Positions 43,201 to 52,422 of a DNA stretch of 64,000 nt are shown here, piece after piece. The notes beneath the pieces were generated by a model that did no database searches, was not told the DNA's origin, and saw only the letters and a list, made by a program, of their open reading frames with translations. Position 1 is the stretch's first letter, and every line of letters begins with the position of its first letter. The translations under genes and the position numbers were made by a program. Source of the DNA: Azolla caroliniana (taxonomy: Eukaryota > Plantae > Polypodiophyta); contig JBHGNT010000145.1 of assembly GCA_043228905.1 (NCBI GenBank), positions 1 through 64,000 on the forward strand. The letters are read 5' to 3'.

Positions 43201-46200
43201 TTTTTTAATTCCATATTATCGATAGCGTTGTTAGCTTCGATTCGCATGTTTGAACACAAAAATCCGATATCACACGAGCCAGGTATGAACTATTTAATTT
43301 ACTCAAGACCTCCTTTGAACTCCCTCCTCATGTTTGCTAATTTCGTCATGTCTCTCGACCTGAGTTTCAAAATCTTGATTTTTTAATTCCATTTCATAGC
43401 TAGCGTTGTTAGCTTCGATTCGCATGTTTGAACACAAAAATCCGATATCACACGAGCCAGGTATGAACATTTTAATTTACTCAAGGGCTCCTCTCAACTC
43501 ACTCCTCAAATTTGCTAATTTCGTCATTTCTCTCGACCTGAGTTTCAAAATCTTGATTTTTTAACTCCATATCATAGGTAGCGTTGTTAGCTTCGATTCG
43601 CATGTTTGAACACAAAAATCCGATATCACACTCGCCAGGTATGAACATTTTAATTTACTCAAGGCCTCCTCTGAACTCCCTCCTCATGGTTGCTAATTTC
43701 GTCGTGTCTCTGGACCTGAGTTTCATAATCTTGATTTTTTAATTCCATATCATAGCTAGCGTCGCTATCTTCGATTCGCATGTTTGAACACAAAAATCCA
43801 ATATCACACGAGCTAGGTATGAACATTTTAATTTACTCAAGGCCTCCTCTGAACTCCCTCCTTATGTTTGCTAATTTCGTCATGTCTCTCGACCTGAGTT
43901 TCAAAATCTTGATTTTTTAATTCCATATTATCGATAGCGTTGTTAGCTTCGATTCGCATGTTTGAACACAAAAATCCGATATCACACCCGCCAGGTATGA
44001 ACATTTTAATTTACTCAAGGGCTCCTCTCAACTCACTCCTCAAATTTGGTAATTTCGTCGTGTCTCTCGACCTGAGTTTCATAATCTTGATTTTTTAATT
44101 CCATATCATAGCTAGCGTTGTTAGCTTCGATTCGCATGTTTGAACACAAAAATCCGATATCACACGAGCCAGGTATGAACATTTTAATTTACTCAAGGGC
44201 TCCTCTCAACTCACTCCTCAAATTTGCTAATTTCGTCATTTCTCTCGACCTGAGTTTCAAAATCTTGATTTTTTAACTCCATATCATAGCTAGCGTTGTT
44301 AGCTTCGATTCGCATGTTTGAACACAAAAATCCGATATCACACTCGCCAGGTATGAACATTTTAATTTACTCAAGGCCTCCTCTGAACTCCCTCCTCATG
44401 GTTGCTAATTTCGTCGTGTCTCTGGACCTGAGTTTCATAATCTTGATTTTTTAATTCCATTTCATAGCTAGCGTTGTTAGCTTCGATTCGCATGTTTGAA
44501 CACAAAAATCCAATATCACACGAGACAGATATGAACATTTTAATTTACCTACTAGCTCTTCCCAACTCACTCCTCAAATTTGGTAATTTCGTCCTGTCTC
44601 TCGACCTAGGTTTCAAAATCTTGATTTTTTAACTCCATATCATAGCTAGCGTTTTTAATTTCGATTCACATGTTTGACCACAGAAATCCGATATCACACG
44701 AGCCAGGTATGAACATTTTAATTTACTCAAGGCCTCCTCTAAAGTCCCTCCTCATGGTTGCTAATTTCGCCATGTCTCTCGACCTGAGTTTCAAAATCTT
44801 GATTTTTTAAATCCATATCATAGCTAGCGTTGTTAGCTTCGATTCGCATGTTTGAACACAAAAATCCAATATCACACGAGCCAGATATGAACATTTTAAT
44901 TTACCTACTAGCTCTCCCCAACTCAGTCCTGAAATTTGGTAATTTCGTCATGTCTCTCGACCTGAGTTTCAAAATCTTGATTTTTTAATTCCATATCATA
45001 GCTAGCGTTGCTATCTTCGATTCGCATGTTTGAACACAAAAATCCATTATCACACGAGCTAGGTATGAACATTTTAATTTACTCAAGGCCTCCTCTGAAC
45101 TCCCTCCTTATGTTTGCTAATTTCGTCATGTCTCTCGACCTGAGTTTCAAAATCTTGATTTTTTAATTCCATATTATCGATAGCGTTGTTAGCTTCGATT
45201 CGCATGTTTGAACACAAAAATCCAATATCACACTCGCTAGGTATGAACATTTTAATTTACTCAAGGGCTCCTCTCAACTCACTCCTCAAATTTGGTAATT
45301 TCGTCATTTCTCTCGACCTGAGTTTCAAAATCCGATATCACACTCGCCAGGTATGAACATTTTAATTTACTCAAGGCCTCCTTTGAACTCTCTCCTCATG
45401 GTTGCTAATTTCGTCGTGTCTCTCGACCTGAGTTTCAAAATCTTGATTTTTTAATTCCATATTATCGATAGCGTTGTTAGCTTCGATTTGCATGTTTGAA
45501 CACAAAAATCCGATATCACACGAGCCAGGTATGAACATTTTAATTTACTCAAGGCCTCCTCTAAAGTCCCTCCTCATGTTTGCAAATTTCGTCATGTCTC
45601 TCTACTTGAGTTTCAAAATCATGATTTTTTAATTCCATATCATAGCTAGCGTTGTTAGGTTCGATTCGCATGATTGAACACAAAAATCCGATATCACACG
45701 AGCCAGATATGAACATTTTAATTTACCTACTAGCTCTTCCCAACTCACTCCTGAAATTTGGTAATTTCGTCATGTCTCTCGACCTGAGTTTCAAAATCTT
45801 GATTTTTTATTTCCATATCATAGCTAGCGTTGCTATCTTCGATTCGCATGTTTGAACACAAAAATCCAATATCACACGAGCTAGGTATGAACATTTTAAT
45901 TTACTCAAGGCCTCCTCTGAACTCCCTCCTTATGTTTGCTAATTTCGTCATGTCTCTCGACCTGAGTTTCAAAATCTTGATTTTTTAATTCCATATTATC
46001 GATAGCGTTGTTAGCTTCGATTCACATGTTTGAACACAAAAATCCGATATCACACTCGCTAGGTATGAACATTTTAATTTACTCAAGGGCTCCTCTCAAC
46101 TCACTCCTCAAATTTGGTAATTTTGTCATTTCTCTCGACCTAAGTTTCAAAATCTTGATTTTTTAACTCCATATCATAGCTAGCGTTGTTAGCTTCGATT

Positions 46201-49200
46201 CGCATGTTTGAACACAAAAATCCGATATCACACTCGCCAGGTATGAACATTTTAATTTACTCAAGGCCTCCTCTGAACTCCCTCCTCATGGTTGCTAATT
46301 TCGTCGTGTCTCTCGACCTGAGTTTCATAATCTTGATTTTTTAATTCCATTTCATAGCTAGCGTTGTTAGCTTCGATTCGCATGTTTGAACACAAAAATC
46401 CGATATCACACGAGCCAGGTATGAACATTTTAATTTACTCAAGGGCTCCTCTCAACTCACTCCTCAAATTTGCTAATTTCGTCATTTCTCTCGACCTGAG
46501 TTTCAAAATCTTGATTTTTTAACTCCATATCATAGCTAGCGTTGTTAGCTTCGATTCGCATGTTTGAACACAAAAATCCGATATCACACTCGCCAGGTAT
46601 GAACATTTTAATTTACTCAAGGCCTCCTCTGAACTCCCTCCTCATGGTTGCTAATTTCGTCGTGTCTCTAGACCTGAGTTTCATAATCTTGATTTTTTAA
46701 TTCCATTTCATAGCTAGCGTTGTTAGCTTCGATTCGCATGTTTGAACACAAAAATCCGATATCACACGAGCCAGGTATGAACATTTTAATTTACTCAAGG
46801 CCTCCTCTGAACTCCCTCCTCATGTTTGCTAATTTCGTCATGTCTCTCGACGTGAGTTTCAAAATCTTGATTTTTTAATTCCATATTATCGATAGCGTTG
46901 TTAGCTTCGATTTGCATGTTTGAACACAAAAATCCGATATCACACGAGCCAGGTATGAACTATTTAATTTACTCAAGGCCTCCTTTGAACTCCCTCCTCA
47001 TGTTTGCTAATTTCGTCATGTCTCTCGACCTGAGTTTCAAAATCTTGATTTTTTAATTCCATATCATAGCTAGCGTTGTTAGCTTCGATTCGCATGTTTG
47101 AACACAAAAATCCGATATCACACGAGCCAGGTATGAACTATTTAATTTACTCAAGGCCTCCTTTGAACTCCCTCCTCATGTTTGCTAATTTCGTCATGTC
47201 TCTCGACCTGAGTTTCAAAATCTTGATTTTTTAATTCCATATCATAGCTAGCGTTGTTAGCTTCGATTCGCATGTTTGAACACAAAAATCCGATATAACA
47301 CGAGCCAGGTATGAACTATTTAATTTACTCAAGGCCTCCTTTGAACTCCCTCCTCATGTTTGCTAATTTTGTCATGTCTCTCGACCTGAGTTTCAAAATC
47401 TTGATTTTTTAACTCCATATCATAGCTAGCGTTGTTAGCTTCGATTCCCATGTTTGAACACAAAAATCTGATATCACACTCGCTAGGTATGAACATTTTA
47501 ATTTACTCAAGGCCTCCTCTGAACTCCCTCCTCATGTTTGCTAATTTCGTCGTGTCTCTCGACCTGAGTTTCAAAATCTTGATTTTTTAATTCCATATCA
47601 TACCTAGCATTGTTAGCTTCAATTCGCATGTTTGAACACAAAAATCCGATATCACACGAGCCAGGTATGAACATTTTAATTTACTCAAGGCCTCCTTTGA
47701 ACTCCCTCCTCATGTTTGCTAATTTCGTCATGTCTCTCGACCTGAGTTTCAAAATCTTGATTTTTTAATTCCATATTATCGATAGCGTTGTTAGCTTCGA
47801 TTCGCATGTTTGAACACAAAAATCCGATATCACACTCGCTAGGTATGAACATTTTAATTTACTCAAGGGCTCCTCTCAACTCACTCCTCAAATTTGCTAA
47901 TTTCGTCATATCTCTGGACCTGAGTTTCAAAATCTTGATTTTTTAAATCCATATCATAGCTAGCGTTGTTAGCTTCGATTCGCATGTTTGAACACAAAAA
48001 TGCAATATCACACGAGCCAGATATGAACATTTTAATTTACCTACTAGCTCTTCCCAACTCACTCCTCAAATTTGGTAATTTCGTCATGTCTCTCGACTTG
48101 AGTTTCAAAATCATGATTTTTTAATTCCATATCATAGCTAGCGTTGTTAGCTTCGATTCGCATGTTTGAACACAAAAATCCGATATCAGACGAGACAGAT
48201 ATGAACATTTTAATTTACCTACTAGCTCTTCCCAACTCACTCCTCAAATTTGGTAATTTCGTCCTGTCTCTCGACCTAGGTTTCAAAATCTTGATTTTTT
48301 AACTCCATATCATAGCTAGCGTTTTTAATTTCGATTCACATGTTTGAACACAGAAATCCGATATCACACTCGCCAGGTATGAACATTTTAATTTACTCAA
48401 GGCCTCCTCTGAACTCCCTCCTCATGTTTGCAAATTTCGTCATGTCTCTCTACTTGAGTTTCAAAATCATGATTTTTTAATTCCATATTATAGCTAGCGT
48501 TGTTAGCTTCGATTCGCATGTTTGAACACAAAAATCCGATATCACACGAGCCAGATATGAACATTTTAATTTACTCAAGGGCTCCTCTCAACTCACTCCT
48601 CAAATTTGGTAATTTCGTCATTTCTCTCGACCTGAGTTTCAAAATCTTGATTTTTTAACTCCATATCATAGCTAGCGTTGTTAGCTTCGATTCGCATGTT
48701 TGAACACAAAAATCCGATATCACACTCGCCAGGTATGAACATTTTAATTTACTCAAGGCCTCCTCTGAACTCCCTCCGCATGGTTGCTAATTTCGTCGTG
48801 TCTCTCGACCTGAGTTTCATAATCTTGATTTTTTAATTCCATTTCATAGCTAGCGTTGTTAGCTTCGATTCGCATGTTTGAACACAAAAATCCGATATCA
48901 CACGAGCCAGATATGAACATTTTAATTTACCTACTAGCTCTTCCCAACTCAGTCCTGAAATTTGGTAATTTCGTCATGTCTCTCGACCTGAGTTTCAAAA
49001 TCTTGATTTTTTAATTCCATATCATAGCTAGCGTTGCTATCTTCGATTCGCATGTTTGAACACAAAAATCCAATATCACACGAGCTAGGTATGAACATTT
49101 TAATTTACTCAAGGCCTCCTCTGAACTCCCTCCTTATGTTTGCTAATTTCGTCATGTCTCTCGACCTGAGTTTCAAAATCTTGATTTTTTAATTCCATAT

Positions 49201-50699
49201 TATCGATTGCGTTGTTAGCTTCGATTCGCATGTTTGAACACAAAAATCCGATATCACACTCGCTAGGTATGAACATTTTAATTTACTCAAGGGCTCCTCT
49301 CAACTCACTCCTCAAATTTGGTAATTTCGTCATTTCTCTCGATCTGAGTTTCAAAATCTTGATTTTTTAATTCCATATCATAGCTAGCGTTGTTAGCTTC
49401 GATTCGCATGTTGGAACACAAAAATCCGATATCACACTCGCTAGGTATGAACATTTTAATTTACTCAAGGCCTCCTGTGAACTCCCTCCTCATGTTTGCT
49501 AATGTCGTCATGTCTCTCGACTTGAGTTTCAAAATCTTGATTTTTTAATTTCATATCATAGCTAGCGTTGTTAACTTCGATTCGTATGTTTGTACACAAA
49601 AATCCGATATCACACTCGCTAGGTATGAACATTTTAATTTACTCAAGGGCTCCTCTCAACTCACTCCTCAAATTTGCTAATTTCGTCATTTCTCTCGACC
49701 TGAGTTTCAAAATCTTGATTTTTTAACTCCATATCATAGCTAGTGTTGTTAGCTTCGATTCCCATGTTTGAACACAAAAATCCGATATCACACTCGCTAG
49801 GTATGAACATTTTAATTTACTCAAGACCTCCTCTGAACTCCCTCCTCATGTTTGCTAATTTCGTCCCTGAGTTTCAAAATCTTGATTTTTTAATTCCATA
49901 TCATACCTAGCGTTGTTAGCTTCGATTCGCCTGTTTGAACACAAAAATCCGATATCACACGAGCCAGGTATGAACATTTTAATTTACTCAAGGCCTCCTT
50001 TGAACTCCCTCCTCATGTTTGCTAATTTCGTCATGTCTCTCGACCTGAGTTTCAAAATCTTGATTTTTTAATTCCATATTATCGATAGCGTTGTTAGCTT
50101 CGATTCGCATGTTTGAACACAAAAATCCGATATCACACACGCTAGGTATGAACATTTTAATTTACTCAAGGGCTCCTGTGAACTCCCTCCTCATGTTTGC
50201 TAATTTCGTCATGTCTCTCGACCTGAGTTTCAAAATTTTGATTTTTTAACTCCATATCATAGCTAACGTTGTTAGCTTCGATTCGCATGTTTGAATACAA
50301 AAATCCGATATCACACTCGCTAGGTATGAACACTTTAATTTACTCAAGACCTCCTCTCAACTCCCTCCTCATGTTTGCTAATTGCGTTCCTGAGTTTCAA
50401 AATCTTGATTTTTTAATTCCATATCATAGCTAGGGTTGTTAGCTTCGATTCGCATGTTTGAACACAAAAATCCGATATCACACGAGCTAGGTATGAACAT
50501 TTTAATTTACTCAAGGCCTCTTGTGAACTCCCTCCTCATGTTTGCTAATTTGGTCATGTCTCTCGACTTGAGTTTAAAAATCTTGATTTTTTTAATTCCA
50601 TATCATACCTAGCGTTGTTAGCTTCAATTCGCATGTTTGTACACAAAAATCCGATATCACACTCGCTAGGTATGAACATTTTAATTTACTCAAGGGCTC

Positions 50700-50704
50700 C
50701 TCTC
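50700..50704 (+). other. 5' target-site duplication CTCTC
   Basis: The satellite motif CAAGGGCTC-CTCTC-AACTCACTCC is split. CTCTC lies immediately before TGTCA (50705) and again right after TGACA (56492-56496). Confidence 0.95.
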
Positions 50705-50775
50705 TGTCATAACTAGACTCGAACCCATAACCTTTTGTTACACGGGTCGAGACTTTACCATTAGGTTATGAGTTG
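50705..50775 (-). promoter_or_regulatory. tRNA-like Pol III type-2 promoter module (A box + B box), antisense, in 5' LTR U3
   Basis: Minus strand reads CAACTCA-TAACCTAATGG-TAAAGTCTCGACCCGTGTAACAAAAGGTTATG-GGTTCGAGTCT-AGTTATGACA. The A-box-like TAACCTAATGG (50768-50758) and B box GGTTCGAGTC (50725-50716) sit at standard tRNA spacing. Cloverleaf stems are degenerate, so this is not a functional tRNA. Confidence 0.55.
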
Positions 50776-50826
50776 TAATTTGAAGGATATTATTTTCATT
50801 TAGGTTTTATTAGGAAATTGATGTAT

Positions 50827-50876
50827 ATTCCAGATTTCTCTGGAACATTCTAGAAACTTCAGGAGTATTCCTGAAG
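50827..50876. promoter_or_regulatory. Heat-shock element array (10 in-phase alternating nGAAn/nTTCn pentamers)
   Basis: aTTCc aGAtt tcTCt gGAAc aTTCt aGAAa cTTCa gGAgt aTTCc tGAAg: 7 perfect and 3 one-mismatch units, ending 4 bp before the TATA box. Confidence 0.75.
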
Positions 50877-50880
50877 ACAC

Positions 50881-50887
50881 TATAAAA
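50881..50887 (+). promoter_or_regulatory. TATA box of LTR promoter
   Basis: CTATAAAAGG is a canonical TATAWAWR, 33 bp upstream of the predicted start site at 50914. The 3' LTR copy is at 56175. Confidence 0.75.
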
Positions 50888-50913
50888 GGAGGCGCAAGGC
50901 ATTAGTTCGAACC

Positions 50914-50925
50914 AAATCGGTTCAA
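50914..50925 (+). other. Predicted transcript 5' end / self-primer AAATCGGTTCAA
   Basis: Exact reverse complement of 51166-51177, and located at transcription-start distance from the TATA box. Confidence 0.7.
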
Positions 50926-50994
50926 CGCCAGTCTTAAGCCTTCTAACTACTGTTGTATATCTTCCGTCATATAATACATATATCTTTCGCATCA

Positions 50995-50998
<4 letters not shown>

Positions 50999-51034
<36 letters not shown>
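50999..51034 (+). repeat. (TC)18 microsatellite in 5' LTR
   Basis: Read directly from the sequence. Confidence 0.95.
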
Positions 51035-51037
<3 letters not shown>

Positions 51038-51064
51038 CCTTCTCTCAAAGTTCGACACCTCTCA

Positions 51065-51131
51065 TAGTACTAATCCTTCTCTGTCTTAGTACTATTCCCC
51101 AACAATAGTACTAATCCTTCTTTTAGTACTA
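51065..51131. repeat. Four TAGTACTA palindromes in degenerate 18-22 bp repeats at the 3' end of the LTR
   Basis: TAGTACTA at 51065, 51087, 51106 and 51124, mostly followed by A(T)TCC(TTCT). The same arrangement is present in the 3' LTR. Confidence 0.85.
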
Positions 51132-51165
51132 ATTCCTTCTCTGCCTGAATAGAGTTCCTGACAGT

Positions 51166-51177
51166 TTGAACCGATTT
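51166..51177 (+). other. Non-tRNA primer-binding site (self-priming type) TTGAACCGATTT
   Basis: Begins 2 nt (GT) after the LTR-terminal CA, lacks the TGG expected for tRNA-CCA priming, and is a 12/12 complement to 50914-50925. Confidence 0.75.
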
Positions 51178-51252
51178 TCTCCTACTAGTCTCCCTCTTCC
51201 TTCTGTCTCTCTCCTTTCCTACTAGTCTCTTATTTCCCTTTTCCTTCATCCC

Positions 51253-52422
51253 ATGGCCACCGTTAGCGCTGAAGAGTATCAATCCGTTTTCTCGGAATTT
51301 CAATGCTTGAAAGAGAAGTTTCATGCTTTGGAACAAGAAAATCAACGCTTGTTGGGGGATCTTCAGCAAATTTCCTTAGAAAAGCAGCAAACGCAACAAC
51401 AGCATGGGGAACTTGCGTTACGCGTGCAACAACTCGAAGCAACCATCGTAGCAATGCAACAACAAGGGCACGGAGCACAAGGGATTCATAAAGAACCCAA
51501 GATTGGCCTTCCCACGAAGTTCGATGGAACGCGATCGCAGTTTAGAGGGTTTCTTAACCAGGTACGGTTAGTTATTCAAATGCATCCATCCCGATATCCC
51601 ACCGATGCATCACGAGTGGGTTTAGTAGGCACGTTGTTAAATGGCTCAGCATTAGCATGGTTCGCTCCGCTACTAGAAAAGGAATCTCCAGTACTAAATA
51701 ATTTTGAAGAATTCATAAGTGAGTTTAAAGCATGTTTTGGAGATACTGACAGCATAAGGACTGCAATCAACAAAATCCGGCGATTACGCCAAGGTGACCG
51801 TCCAGCCTCCGCATATGCTGCAGATTTCCGCCTACTCGCCGCCGATATCCCCTGGGATGATCAAGCATTGATGGAGCAGTTCCGCTATGGTCTACGCAAC
51901 GATGTCAAGGATTTACTCTTGACTTTCCCTGAAGAGCCAAAATCATTAACAGAAGCAATCAGTCGAGCGGTCAGATGTGACAACCGCCTCTTCGAGCGAC
52001 GTTCGGAACGACAATTTCAGATGCCGAGGGCAAGATCCGAGCCTACCTATGCCTCAATGGTAGCGAAACCTTTTCAAAGGGAGTCACATAATGCGCCTCC
52101 AGTAAGTACTCCAACTCCAATGGAAATTGACACTACACGTCGTCGTGGGCCGCTATCGGAGGAGGAAAAGCAACGACGCCGAACAAACCGATTATGCCTT
52201 TATTGCGGTGGACCAGGGCATATCGCGATAAACTGTCCCCATAGACCAAGAAGGCAGGTAAACCAAGTCATTGTTAGTTCTGACTATACTAAACCCGAGT
52301 CTATGTCAGTAGGAATCTCTGATAATCCTCATAGTCATAATAGTCCTAATAGTACTAATAGTCCGAATCTCGCAAACAAATTTGATGTCCTTAGCCAATT
52401 AGAAGAAGAGTTAAACGACTAA
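51253..52422 (+). CDS. gag: Gag polyprotein (389 aa; coiled-coil N-terminus, retrotransposon capsid domain of the PEG10/RTL1/sushi type, CCHC zinc knuckle)
   Basis: ATG in good context (CCCATGG). Motifs include PTKFDGTRSQFRGFL, LRQG..ASAYAADFR, FRYGLRNDVKD, PTPMEID and CLYCGGPGHIAINC (CX2CX4HX4C, 52195-52236). Confidence 0.95.
   Translation: MATVSAEEYQSVFSEFQCLKEKFHALEQENQRLLGDLQQISLEKQQTQQQHGELALRVQQLEATIVAMQQQGHGAQGIHKEPKIGLPTKFDGTRSQFRGFLNQVRLVIQMHPSRYPTDASRVGLVGTLLNGSALAWFAPLLEKESPVLNNFEEFISEFKACFGDTDSIRTAINKIRRLRQGDRPASAYAADFRLLAADIPWDDQALMEQFRYGLRNDVKDLLLTFPEEPKSLTEAISRAVRCDNRLFERRSERQFQMPRARSEPTYASMVAKPFQRESHNAPPVSTPTPMEIDTTRRRGPLSEEEKQRRRTNRLCLYCGGPGHIAINCPHRPRRQVNQVIVSSDYTKPESMSVGISDNPHSHNSPNSTNSPNLANKFDVLSQLEEELND

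Larger units (their letters stand above)
1..50704. repeat. 178-bp tandem satellite array, left arm (about 285 monomers), probable centromeric/pericentromeric satellite
   Basis: GTCTCTCGAC recurs at 41 and 219 (178 bp apart) and every marker spacing checked is a multiple of 178 once small deletions are counted. Consensus read by eye: AATTTCGTCATGTCTCTCGACCTGAGTTTCAAAATCTTGATTTTTTAATTCCATATCATAGCTAGCGTTGTTAGCTTCGATTCGCATGTTTGAACACAAAAATCCGATATCACACGAGCCAGGTATGAACATTTTAATTTACTCAAGGCCTCCTTTGAACTCCCTCCTCATGTTTGCT. All monomers share one orientation. The centromeric role is inferred from the nucleosome-sized unit and HOR structure. Confidence 0.97.
50705..51163 (+). repeat. 5' LTR (459 bp)
   Basis: Starts TGTCATAACTAG and ends GTTCCTGACA. 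Identical to 55999-56491 apart from G50737 vs C56031 and the (TC)n tract. Confidence 0.97.

Noticed and set aside
1-50704. Identification as Arabidopsis CEN178, or presence of a CENP-B box
   Set aside because: Only the length matches. I see no CEN178 sequence motifs, and the TTCG sites are not followed by the A..CGGG of a CENP-B box.
1-50704. CRISPR array
   Set aside because: Contiguous 178-bp units with no unique spacers and no cas genes; the context is eukaryotic.
50705-50775. Functional tRNA gene
   Set aside because: Acceptor and anticodon stems do not pair and the T stem is weak. Kept only as a tRNA-like promoter module.
51164-51230. Short matches between the element leader and the satellite (GTTTGAAC; CCTACTAG), suggesting the satellite derives from the element or primes it
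   Set aside because: Only 8-nt matches with no extension, expected by chance; the LTR-internal 12-nt complement explains the PBS better.
50810-51369. Minus-strand ORFs over the LTR and leader (ERERER..., 82 and 99 aa; also 56104-56292)
   Set aside because: Products of the (TC)n tract and pyrimidine-rich leader read in antisense; no domain similarity.
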